DNA from: Ginkgo biloba | Lineage: Eukaryota > Plantae > Ginkgophyta | Length of the DNA: 19,388 nt | Reading direction: 5' to 3' | Assembly: GCA_024626585.2 (NCBI GenBank) | Contig: JANKJI020000002.1 | Coordinates: forward strand, 204,260,932 to 204,280,319 | Part shown: positions 1 through 11,185 of the stretch, piece by piece | How positions within the stretch are numbered: the stretch's first letter is position 1 | How the letters are laid out: the number at the start of each line of letters is the position of its first letter | Notes under the pieces: model-generated | Database searches by the model: none | Told to the model about the DNA's origin: nothing | The model's input: the letters and a program-made list of their open reading frames with translations, nothing else | Made by a program: the position numbers and the translations under genes

Positions 1-3000
1 AATATGAATGTTATATAAAAAATATACTTATGTATTTGGCAAACATTATGGCATTTTTTTTTTAGGGGATCTTGTTAATTTTTTGCTTGTCAAACTCGAA
101 TCAAGTGTAGTGGAGATGTGAGATGATGGTTTACTATCTCTTAATGATCCTTGTTAAGAAAATTAAAATCTCACTTGATCTTAAACTCAATTAAATTATG
201 GCCATGCATTGCATGTGTTATTACTTTGATTCTTTAAACCCCCTTTTTAATACCCTTTCTTATTTTTTTCAATTTTAGTTACGAAGACTATGTTATTGGA
301 AAATGCATGGTCTTTCTCTAACCACTCTTCACACTATTATTAAATATACTCTTCTCTCCTTCATAGATATTCAAAGCATTTTAGACTTACAATAAATTAA
401 AAATACTAGCTTTTGATTATCTACTATACTCTATTACTTTTAGGATTCCCTAAAATTTCTATATTTCTAACCACCCACTTAAATTAAAAGGTTTAACTAT
501 GTGTTACACTACTTACCTCTAAACATTTCTTGTAGATATTAAATGTGATTCCTCCATAATCAAATACTTTAGACTCACTTTAATCTAAATATTATTATTA
601 CTTTTATTTTTATTTTTTGGGCGAGGGGTGGGGGGGCAATGGAGGGAGGGATTTGTTAATAAAAATGAACTTTTAAACTATTTTTATCTTACATATACCC
701 TTTAGTATTATCCCTTGTATTCTCTTCTTAAAGCATCTTGGATTATTATTTAGGACTTCAACATGACATGAATTGTATAAAGCATAAGTTGGCAAGTTTC
801 CAAGTATCCTTTTCTTTGCCAAGGTTTCTTCTTATACTAATCTTTAATTTGAGTTATGTCTTTAAGAAATTAATGTGTCAAAGGACACAGGGGGACCTAA
901 CATTTGGCCCCATTAGGTCTAGCATTTAGAGGGATATGATTAAAGGAGATACCACATGAGAGGATAATTCCCATTTCTTATTTATTTAATAAGTGTTTTC
1001 TCCATTATTGGTTTCTCGTATTAATTGTCACAGTCTCCTTTATCCATAAGGGACCCTTATATGGATAAAACCCTTGAGTAGATTATAGTTACTTTATTTG
1101 TATGAGTAGTGCATGAGCATGCTTGTATGGATCTTGAGTGGTATATATGTATGCTTACATGGACCTCTACTCTATCTTGAGAACCATGGATATTTTATAT
1201 AAGAAAGTTTTGGGTATTGATTTTTACACATGTATTCTTCCCAAGTAATGTTATGTTATAAATTTAGAGTTTTAATTCTTTCTCTCTTTCTTGCTTTTAA
1301 TCTTTCCTTTTGTCCTTTGATTATATTTCATACATATCTATTGGTTTTAGTTTTATTGTTATAATTTTATTCCTTATAGGTCAAAGATACTTTTGATTTT
1401 CATGAAGCAAAGTTCCTTGTACGGAGTTTGCACATTTGAAAGATGAGATACTCAATTTTGGATTTTAAATTTTTTTTCGTGACATTTCAAAAAATGTGTA
1501 TGATAGAGGGAGAGAAGTGTGATGCGTGAGGATAAAATAATAGTGCTCAAGAGACAACTATAGTGTTGACTGTATATGGATCTAGGAATTATCTACATCC
1601 TAGATTTCACTATTGGATATGAAAGAGCCACACTAATTGTGAATTAGCATCTGTAACTACTCTTATTCCTTCATACTCTTCACATTGATACTTTTGGCAT
1701 GTTGATATCCCTTTATATTCTCTCCATGTTTATCGTTTTATTCCTCCATAGTACTCTCTGAATCCAACAAATGAATTAATGAATAAAAAAGAAAATAAGT
1801 GGAAGAATGCATAAGATTATATTATAGTTTTATTTTTAGTTAATATCCTATGCATTTTNNNNNNNNNNNNNNNNNNNNNNNNNNNNNNNNNNNNNNNNNN
1901 NNNNNNNNNNNNNNNNNNNNNNNNNNNNNNNNNNNNNNNNNNNNNNNNNNNNNNNNNNTGTATGGAATAAGTAGCGATAAAGGTTCAAAGGCCTAACACT
2001 TGGGCTTTGTCTAATCGAACCCGTCGAGAAAAGAGAGGGAAATAATAGGTGAATGTGGAGGAGAGAGAGAAGGCATCGGGTACTTAGGGGATCAGGGGTC
2101 TTAATGAGGGATGCCTCCTCGGGAATCTTTGACTCTATGGATTTGACTATTTATTAAATAGGATTAAGACCCAGGGAGATTTAAATTGAAGTTATTTCAG
2201 GCTATCAGACCATTGAAAGATTAAAGGGAATACCTGAGAGTGCCTAGTTGAAAGTTTGATACTACAGATCTAATGATGAACATACAAAGATATTTTTGAA
2301 GGTGCATTTAATGAAGGAGGCACATGCCATGGGTGAAATTTATGAGCCATTATTAAAGGCACACCAAGTCATTAAATGTTGGATGTGGCTTATTTATGAT
2401 TCCATCAACCATCACAGAGAGGAGTGAACATAGAGCAGGAATGACTTTGGAGAGTTATTGTAGGGTCTTCTTAGTGCATATCCATTATAGAGAATTCATG
2501 GATAGAGCCATTGGAGAAGTAATGGCATCAACTAACATAGCCATTAGAGGATTAGAGCACATAGAGGTTAGACCTATCCATTTAGAACTATTGGCTCTCA
2601 ATCATAAATGCCCATCGCATGAAGGAGAAAGGGTTCCACAACCTTAGTGGTGGATCTACTAGTCGTAGAGCAAGTTTTTCCATTATAGAGGTAGAGCCAC
2701 CATGGCAGGATGATTCTATCTTTAGGAGGTGGTTCCCCTAGTTGGCTAGTGCTTGGTTAGCCAGGTTGGTTCATTAGTTAGTTGGATTGAAGGTGGATGA
2801 AGTGCTTAGGTTGTTTGGCTAGTTTGGAGAGTTTCGATGGTGGCAGAGGTAAAGGGATTCATCAATGGAAGAGATAAAGATATTGATGGGAGGATGAATG
2901 TACTATGGTGGATGAGATGATGAGGATAGAGGTTAGAGGTTCAATTTTTCTTGCATAATTCGATGGCAAATGTCAACCAGGTAGGGAAGAGGACTAATAA

Positions 3001-3869
3001 GAAAATATGAATGAATCAAAGAGTTCTCTCAGGTAGATTCACTAGTAATAGTNNNNNNNNNNNNNNNNNNNNNNNNNNNNNNNNNNNNNNNNNNNNNNNN
3101 NNNNNNNNNNNNNNNNNNNNNNNNNNNNNNNNNNNNNNNNNNNNNNNNNNNNACACAAGAAATTATGAACACCATAGAGAAGATGTCAAATCCCTTTGCA
3201 TTAAACTGCTCCTTGAAGAGATGCACCTCTGTTACAATATCAAAGAGAAGGAGAAAAGGAGAAGAGAGGAATGATTCATAGTAGCAGACCCTCTGTTGAG
3301 TGATTCTGCAATCGTATCAGTCCCCTAGAACAGTCGACTTCACCACAAGCAAATTCTCTCTAGAGCAATTTACAAAATGGGTTCAAAACCCCTAGAACTA
3401 CAAAGATTTATATATTTATACCTCCTCTCTAATATATTCAAAGAATTGCATAAGAGTCATAAAATCTTTCTTAGATGTGTATTCTACAAAATATTACAAG
3501 GAATATAAAATTAGGTGCCTGCCATTATGGTCACTGTTGACAACTAATAGGGATCCATACACAAAGGAATGGGTTATCATGCTTGATAAGCTCGAATAAT
3601 GATGGAGATGAGGTTGCCCATGCCTCCTAGTAAGTGAGGATCTTCCTTGCACTGCTTGTATTAATCATGCCATCTATGGTGCTTGTCTGCTGAGAAGAGG
3701 CCACCTCAGAATCCCTGTAAAATTACACCTATGATCACTTTTTTAACTGTAAATTGAGGGCACACGCAACTGTGCCACCTAGCTCTATTGCAGGCACCTT
3801 ATGAGGCTCTTCTTGTCCAAAATACCCTGTGCCTTTCCCCTTGCTACAAAGATCCTAGGACATCCAAGG

Positions 3870-4830
3870 TCATGCCATGTGTCAACATCTAGCGATCCTG
3901 AGCTTGCACCTTTTTACCATTTATGTGTTCACTACTTGAGTTGGGCGTAGGGAGGGGGCCCTAGGATGGTGCCATTGTCGACTCCCTTGAGATTTGTACT
4001 GTGGGACAAGGTCCCTTTCTCTTTACTTTGGTGTGAGTTGTGAGGGTCAGGGAAGAACCCAAGATGGCGCCAGGTGGCGCCATCATGCACCCCATTTTAA
4101 ATCTACCTTGCGTTGGGCGCGACCCCCCTTCCATGCTACTTAGAATGAACCCCGGGGGAGGATCCTCCTAGGATATTAAAATTTGGTGCCATCATGCTCA
4201 CTTGTAACCCCCTTTAGGTTGGGGCAATCCCCATCCCTTTTCCACCTTGTGCCTGAGTCATGAAGGGCGCGAGCCTTGCGAGGATGACACATGATGTCAT
4301 CTCATAGGATGAGGGCCCACGCACCCCTTTCCTTTTGATTGATGAGGGACTCCACCACCATAAGGAGAGAGGCCTTGGGATCTCACCACACGATGAGATC
4401 CCAAGGACTTGATCCTCGCGAACCCTTTTCTACCTTACACTTTCCTTTAGACGTCTGAGGGGAGGAGCACCGAAGGTGAGACACTTGGAGGCATGTCATA
4501 CCCTGCATACTCGCACAACTTTCAGTCCACTTTGCCCTATGCCCTATTGCCGTGAGCTTAGGAGGCATGAGATCATACCACGTGGCATGATCTCACAACT
4601 TTGGGGATCGCAGACCATTTTCACTTGGTTTGGGGAGGGGAGGAGCCCCAAATTGTTGCCATGTGTCACTGATTTGTACATCTACACACAAGACGTTTCA
4701 TAAAATACCCCATGAGAAGCATCTTTTAAAAAAATATAAAATAAAGCAAGGAAAATATGAGAGCGAAAAGGGGCCACATGTCAACATTCCAATGAAGCTC
4801 AAGTTCATACTTTCAAATAGCACGTGTTCG
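3870..4830. repeat. GC-rich tract with clustered short inverted repeats and G-box/ABRE-derived motifs (likely TE internal or LTR sequence)
   Basis: Palindromes at 4063-4084, 4283-4301, 4373-4406 and 4568-4595. GCCA(C/T)(G/A)TGTCA at 3874, 4658 and 4773, and CACGTG at 4579 and 4821. Confidence 0.7.
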
Positions 4831-4840
4831 TGTAAATTTG

Positions 4841-4860
4841 CCAAAGGGGGACTATGTTCT
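4841..4860 (+). promoter_or_regulatory. Possible polypurine tract followed by LTR start (CCAAAGGGGGACTA|TGTT)
   Basis: AAAGGGGGA plus 3 nt plus TGT at 4855, a typical PPT-LTR junction. A possible matching end GGGGGAATAACA lies at 5409 across a gap. Confidence 0.35.
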
Positions 4861-6991
4861 TTGAGAAATACGAATTTATACAGGGTGGTTGAATTCTGTA
4901 ATATTTGTGCTAGGGTGAATTGACCATGGAATTCTTGGGGATTTGCTTGAACCCGAGGGCTAGAATGAACATTACAAATAGTGTGAGTTGAGGCTTCGAT
5001 GGCGGGATGCCACTAAAATACGAACAAGATCACATAGGTGCATTGAGTCAACAATAACTACTCTAATTGAAGTGCACTCAGGCCCCAAGCATAAATTACT
5101 AGGTATGCCTTTATCCTCCTTTATAANNNNNNNNNNNNNNNNNNNNNNNNNNNNNNNNNNNNNNNNNNNNNNNNNNNNNNNNNNNNNNNNNNNNNNNNNN
5201 NNNNNNNNNNNNNNNNNNNNNNNNNNACATAAGGGATATATGCATCCATCACTTTTCAACTAGAGAAACCCTTATGGGGAATAAAAATCTAGATCATATT
5301 CACAAATTAATATTCATTATAATGTTAATCCATATTGGGCCTTTGTGTTCCATTACACTATGTATTGGGTACAAATTTAAATTACAAATATTATGCAGGG
5401 GGAATAACATCAATAGCCATGGTTATCGATGCTAGGTGTGAACACAACATCATAGACAACTTTCCATGGAAAGAGATCCCGAACAACACTCCATGATAAC
5501 TCTCTCGAGATCCATGCATCGCTTGCTAGGTATGCCTCTATCTTCCTTAATAAATTAATTTCATGAGGGATTTTCCATTGGGAAAACTCTTTGCATAATT
5601 CTTTCATAGTGCTCTATTAATAGCTTAGATACCTCTAGAAAATTCATAAGCTTACTAGTCTTGTCCACACTATCTCCATGCTTGATTGTTCCTCTATCTC
5701 ATTTGTTATTGCATAGTTAAATATTAGTGAAGGCATTCCATGTCCTTATCATCCGTTATTAACATTATTCAATTGAGAATCATAGTGTCTGTGTGATCCT
5801 CCTTATTATTTTTGCTTCACCACTACACTATTCTCATCCTCATAGGAAAATTCTCTCGTCAACTTCCAATTTATTATTGTCATCTTTGGCTTTCTCCAAT
5901 CTTACTAATCCATTATCTCACTAATCAACCAACGTATTAACCAACTAACCAACAACTAACCCCTTTATCTTGAATCTATTGGGTTCTTATAGTTGAGTCC
6001 TAGGGTTTGAATGACTACATTCCAATGTTTCTCTACACTTTGCATGCCAACAGCTCCTGATAGGTAGATAATTTAATCCTCTAATGACTACCAACTTTAA
6101 TTATGTAATGGCCTCTAATACCCTCCTTGGTCCAAGTTCATGTTTTGTAATCGCCTGATAGGTATGCCATTATTGAGCCATATTTACTACAAATCCTTTA
6201 CTTAAGTGAAGTGAATATTCTCTCACGATTCGTGTCCCAAAACCTTATTTAAAAATTGAGTCAAGTTCGATGAGTCAGATAAATGACGAGATAAGGTCAA
6301 TATCTCCCTTGAGATCCTCTGATCCCTGATTCTCTAATTATATTCAATTTATAATCTTTTTGGTTTGTTGGACTTTAATGACTTAAACTTATTTTTTAAT
6401 CCCTGATGGGATGGATCTAAAACTCGATCAAATGCACTTCGTAAAACATATTAAGTCTGCGGGAGTCAACCCTCATTTTCCTTCATGCGCCAACTCATAG
6501 GATCTTGATACCCGATAAGCTGCCTTTGAGAGATTCATTAGGTTTGTGAGGGNNNNNNNNNNNNNNNNNNNNNNNNNNNNNNNNNNNNNNNNNNNNNNNN
6601 NNNNNNNNNNNNNNNNNNNNNNNNNNNNNNNNNNNNNNNNNNNNNNNNNNNNNNNNNNNNNNNNNNNNNNNNNNNNNNNNNNNNNNNNNNNNNNNNNNNN
6701 NNNNNNNNNNNNNNNNNNNNNNNNNNNNNNNNNNNNNNNNNNNNNNNNNNNNNNNNNNNNNNNNNNNNNNNNNNNNNNNNNNNNNNNNNNNNNNNNNNNN
6801 NNNNNNNNNNNNNNNNNNNNNNNNNNNNNNNNNNNNNNNNNNNNNNNNNNGATCCCAACTTCCCGATTAAACACAATTGAACACATGGTCAAGTCCGAAG
6901 GGACTTTTCCCTATGAGTGACATCTTATGAACCAGTAAAGGGGTTTCAAACCCCCAAAATTGGATGATGTATCAACCTCTACGTGTGCGAT

Positions 6992-7230
6992 TGATGCTGA
7001 AATAACCATGTTCTTCTTTACTGCTTGATGTGATCTTTCTTGACCAAAATAAATAGGCTACTCTTCACCATATAAATATACATATATATACATATAGTTA
7101 CGTGCAACTGTACATGCTTGGGCATATAAAAAGATGAAGTTGTCATAATATTATTCAATGTCCAAAACCTAAAATTGTGCACTATAGTAAGATGCACATC
7201 GTAATGTTCCTGCATCATCCGCCCATGGTT
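6992..7230 (-). repeat. Degenerate PPT (7218-7230) and start of 3' LTR (TGATGCAGG at 7217); LTR end uncertain (CATCA at 6992 or 6965)
   Basis: Minus strand AACCATGGGCGGA|TGATGCAGG follows the chromodomain closely. Candidate inverted termini are GCATCA (6992) and ACATCA (6965). Confidence 0.55.
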
Positions 7231-8025
7231 ACAAGAACTTGTAGGTCCTCCTACAAATGTACATCTTCAAAAGCTTTCCACTTTTCTTCATCCAACTTCT
7301 TGAGCTCTTCCTCTAAAACCTAGGTGTTGTCCTCCTACTACAATCCTTCCCATTCGATAAGATATTTCTTGTATTATCCTCACCTGGTCTCCATGACCTT
7401 CTTATCAAGCATCACTTCCACTTGTTCTTTCTTTTTCTTTAGCAATTTCTCCTGCCAGTTTATCTCCCCGACTTCTTCCTACTGCCCATCTCCTTAAAAT
7501 AGGTATAAGTTTTAGACGTTGAAAATGGACAAAATATTAAACTTGGATGGGAGGTTTAACTCGTAGGCAATCTCATTAATTTCCTTTGTGATTCGACACA
7601 GTCCAATCTTTTTGTATTTAAGCTTGTTATAACTCCTTATAAAAAACTATTATTTTTTTAGAAAGACCATCACGAGATCCCCCACTTTAAATTCTTTGTG
7701 CCTTTTATACTGATTTGCAACTTCCTTATACTTGGCATTACTCTCAGATAGCCTTTGCTTGACTTGATCATGAATCAACTCCATATTCTCTCCCATTGGT
7801 TCAACATCACCACAAACACACTCAATGTTGGGTATGTCTGCGAGGTCGACAACCATGTTTGTTGTTCTACCATATACGACCTGAAATGGTGATATTCCAG
7901 TGGATTGGTTAACTGAACTATTATGAGCAAATTTAGCCTAGCGTAGGACTTGATCCCACTACTTTGGCTTGCCTCCAACTAGGTTTCTTAATAGATTACT
8001 GAGCAACCTATTCACAACTTTGGTT
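7218..8025 (-). pseudogene. pol: Retrotransposon integrase C-terminus (GPY/F region) plus chromodomain
   Basis: Reads ...IHDQVKQRLSESNAKYKEVANQYKRHKEFKVGDLVMVFLKK**FFIRSYNKLKYKKIGLCRITKEINEIAYELNLPSKFNILSIFNV... and then EQVEVMLDKKVMETRCG*YKKYLIEWEGL**EDNT*VLEEEL (chromodomain about 7302-7427, same frame). Multiple premature stops. Confidence 0.9.
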
Positions 8026-8846
8026 NNNNNNNNNNNNNNNNNNNNNNNNNNNNNNNNNNNNNNNNNNNNNNNNNNNNNNNNNNNNNNNNNNNNNNNNNNN
8101 NNNNNNNNNNNNNNNNNNNNNNNNNNNNNNNNNNNNNNNNNNNNNNNNNNNNNNNNNNNNNNNNNNNNNNNNNNNNNNNNNNNNNNNNNNNNNNNNNNNN
8201 NNNNNNNNNNNNNNNNNNNNNNNNNNNNNNNNNNNNNNNNNNNNNNNNNNNNNNNNNNNNNNNNNNNNNNNNNNNNNNNNNNNNNNNNNNNNNNNNNNNN
8301 NNNNNNNNNNNNNNNNNNNNNNNNNNNNNNNNNNNNNNNNNNNNNNNNNNNNNNNNNNNNNNNNNNNNNNNNNNNNNNNNNNNNNNNNNNNNNNNNNNNN
8401 NNNNNNNNNNNNNNNNNNNNNNNNNNNNNNNNNNNNNNNNNNNNNNNNNNNNNNNNNNNNNNNNNNNNNNNNNNNNNNNNNNNNNNNNNNNNNNNNNNNN
8501 NNNNNNNNNNNNNNNNNNNNNNNNNNNNNNNNNNNNNNNNNNNNNNNNNNNNNNNNNNNNNNNNNNNNNNNNNNNNNNNNNNNNNNNNNNNNNNNNNNNN
8601 NNNNNNNNNNNNNNNNNNNNNNNNNNNNNNNNNNNNNNNNNNNNNNNNNNNNNNNNNNNNNNNNNNNNNNNNNNNNNNNNNNNNNNNNNNNNNNNNNNNN
8701 NNNNNNNNNNNNNNNNNNNNNNNNNNNNNNNNNNNNNNNNNNNNNNNNNNNNNNNNNNNNNNNNNNNNNNNNNNNNNNNNNNNNNNNNNNNNNNNNNNNN
8801 NNNNNNNNNNNNNNNNNNNNNNNNNNNNNNNNNNNNNNNNNNNNNN

Positions 8847-9422
8847 CCCTTAGGAATTGATGTACTTGAGTGCCTAATGATCTGTATACATCACAAATTC
8901 CTTTAGTAATAAGTAATGATGTCAGTTCTTTAAAGTTAGCACCATGGCGTGGAACTCCATATCAGACACCGAATACTTCCTTTTCTCCTTGTTCAACTTT
9001 TCCCTAAAATAAGCTACCAGTCATCCCTCTTGGTTAAGCACTGTATCAATCTTGATGACTGATGCATCACATTCGACTTCAAAAACTTTACTGAAGTTTG
9101 GGAGTGTAAGAACTAGTGTTTTTGTTATCCTCTACTTAAGTAACTCCAAACTCCTATGTGCTACATTAGTCCATTGAAAGGTCTTTCCTTTAATAAAATT
9201 GGTCATTGGTGCAACAATTGGACTAAAGTTCCTTATGATTTTTTTATAGAAGCTTTCTAATTTGTAGAATCTCCTAACATCCGTAGCATTCCTCGGCACT
9301 GGCCAATCTAAGATAGCTTTAATCTTCTTTGGATCCATTCTGAGACCTTCCCCCGAGATAATAAATTCAAGGTACTTCAACTCTTTTTGATAAAAATTAC
9401 ACTTCTCAGGGTTTGTATTCAA
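8847..9422 (-). pseudogene. pol: Ty3/gypsy reverse transcriptase C-terminus and RNase H
   Basis: Reads NPEKCNFYQKELKYLEFIISGEGLRMDPKKIKAILDWPVPRNATDVRRF...FSPIVAPMT, then VLTLPNFSKVFEVECDAS...VAYF.EKLN..KRKYS..D.EF.A...HYLL.KEFV.YTDH.ALKYINS, interrupted by stops and frameshifts. Confidence 0.92.
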
Positions 9423-9680
9423 GTTGTGAGAAACATCATATCTTCCACTTGCAGAAGGCTGACACTCAACCTCGTTGGTGACTTTCTCTTTTTCCTTATT
9501 CTACAAAAACTCTACAACTCAATGTTAGGTGGTCATCTTCTTGCCTGAAGATAACAAAACTATATTTGTAAGTGTTGGTGCAACTTCTACTTGACTGACC
9601 ATAGGTGATCCCTGCTCTTTTCTCTACTACGATAAGTTAGATCCTTGACCTCTTGGTCAACGACTATCATCATATCTCTA

Positions 9681-9858
9681 GGGACATTCAAACGAAATGT
9701 GGCCTTCTTCTCCATAGTTGTAACATATAATAGGTCTTTGAGAAGATTGTGGGGCTATATTTGAATTACTACCTTGTTATTGATTCATGCGGCCTTGACC
9801 TTTAGCTCGACTTGAGGTAATGCCTCCTCTAGATCAATGAGCTTTATTGGACATAAAC
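9681..9858 (-). pseudogene. gag: Gag C-terminus with degenerate CCHC zinc knuckle
   Basis: Reads SRGGITSSRAKGQGRMNQ*QGSNSNIAPQSSQRPIICYNYGEEGHISFECP*. The knuckle Cx2Cx4Hx4C at 9684-9725 has its second C mutated to Y. Confidence 0.8.
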
Positions 9859-9944
9859 NNNNNNNNNNNNNNNNNNNNNNNNNNNNNNNNNNNNNNNNNN
9901 NNNNNNNNNNNNNNNNNNNNNNNNNNNNNNNNNNNNNNNNNNNN

Positions 9945-10461
9945 TAAAGCATTCATCATTTGTGGAGTTTTCTACCCCATGAGGGTTTCTCCATGTAAAA
10001 TTGTGTCTCTCCCATCTTTGGTTCATTGCTAGTTTACTTGTCCATATTTGTGAATTTATTATGCTATGAATCATTGCATGTTACATTATTAAAGATTTCT
10101 CTTTATTTAAATTTAACATGGTATCAGAGCAATTTCCCTTCATTTAAAATTTAACATGGTATCATAGCTTCTTCAGTTTATTTAAATTTACAATTTAAAT
10201 TTTAAATTATTTTCTTGAAATAATATTTTAACAAGATAATAAAATAATAAATTAATGAAAATAATCATATGCAATTGATATGACAGGACTATAATTTAAT
10301 AAATAATAGGTTAATATAAAGCATAAAAAATATCATAAAATTATAAAAATCAAAATTAAAGTCTCTATAATAGTCAAGGGATATTGAAAACATTCCCCAT
10401 AAATGTAGCATGATATAAAATATGCATACTAAATGAAGTATTTTATAGTTCTCTTTTAACA
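9945..10461 (+). mobile_element. Nested opposite-strand LTR retrotransposon fragment: LTR 3' end (...TTTAACA at 10118) plus PBS TGGTATCAGAGC
   Basis: Perfect iMet PBS at 10119-10130 directly after AACA. A U5-like motif GTGGAGTTTT...GAGGGTTTCTCCATGTAAAA lies upstream. The fragment sits between the gag N-terminus and gag C-terminus of the minus-strand element. Confidence 0.7.
10105..10168 (+). repeat. 38-bp tandem duplication of the LTR-end/PBS junction
   Basis: atttaaatttaacaTGGTATCAGAGC (to 10130) and atttaaaatttaacaTGGTATCATAGC (to 10168). Confidence 0.85.
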
Positions 10462-10672
10462 ACCTTGATAATGTCGCTTTAATAGTTGGTTTAGGCTGAG
10501 ATGGCTCTCCTTCTCCAGATTTTGACTCTATGACATGGTTTCCTATAGGTGGTACAAGTCTTTGATCCTGAAACGCATCCCTTAATCTCTCAACCTCAGT
10601 ATTGACGGCTTCAATTCTTTGCATCATAACTTCCATCATCTGGCGAATGGGACCATCTCTCCTCAGAGGCAT
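10462..10672 (-). pseudogene. gag: Gag N-terminus
   Basis: MPLRRDGPIRQMMEVMMQRIEAVNTEVERLRDAFQDQR... has an MPPRR-type start plus a coiled-coil-like stretch, about 45 nt downstream of a degenerate PBS. The frame runs into unrelated AT-rich DNA at about 10460. Confidence 0.6.
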
Positions 10673-10714
10673 TTAGACATATCTTCACAATGAGCCTTTC
10701 AAAACTATTGCGTT

Positions 10715-10727
10715 GATCTCAATACCA
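10715..10727 (-). promoter_or_regulatory. Degenerate primer-binding site (tRNA-iMet type) following a putative 5' LTR end
   Basis: Minus strand cctacgtta-gt-TGGTATtgagatc resembles CCTGCATCA-gt-TGGTATCAGAGC and sits just before the gag ATG. Confidence 0.45.
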
Positions 10728-11185
10728 ACTAACGTAGGCACGTGGGGTGGTAACGAACAATATTCGTGCGCAAGGAACACAATGTAGGTCTACTCTCATC
10801 ACCACACTTGGCCTACCTTCAGGATCTTTAAATACAATAAACTAGATGGAGTTGGTTCGAGCTCATGATGACGAGCTACCACATGTAATTAAATACTTGA
10901 CACAAAAATAACTAAAAAAGGGGGTGGTGTTGACTAAGGTCACTAGCCAAAATATTAAACCATGGCAACACCAATAAATCACACATACCACGTGAGAGAC
11001 AAATACACACGTCATTTTTTTAACTACAAAAACCCTCGCAAGGAATAAAACTCCACATCATATTCATAAATTAATAATCATTACANNNNNNNNNNNNNNN
11101 NNNNNNNNNNNNNNNNNNNNNNNNNNNNNNNNNNNNNNNNNNNNNNNNNNNNNNNNNNNNNNNNNNNNNNNNNNNNNNNNNNNNN

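Larger units (their letters stand above)
6992..11085 (-). mobile_element. Degenerate Ty3/gypsy chromovirus LTR retrotransposon (CRM-like), composite/nested; boundaries approximate
   Basis: Minus-strand order: putative 5' LTR end and PBS (about 10715-10740), gag, CCHC knuckle, RT C-terminus, RNase H, integrase, chromodomain, PPT, then a TGATG LTR start at 7217. RT-RH-IN order defines Ty3/gypsy. The two putative LTRs could not be matched to each other, so more than one element may be involved. Confidence 0.75.

Noticed and set aside
1365-1660. Acceptor-like ttttattccttatAG followed by exon-like composition
   Set aside because: All frames hit stops quickly and no recognisable protein motif was found.
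5900-5965. Imperfect AACC/AACTAACC repeats
   Set aside because: Short low-complexity sequence, not telomeric or array-like.
10289-10672. 127-aa ORF with a hydrophobic tail as a membrane or env-like protein
   Set aside because: It is a chimera of the gag N-terminus and read-through into an AT-rich inserted element; the hydrophobicity reflects base composition.
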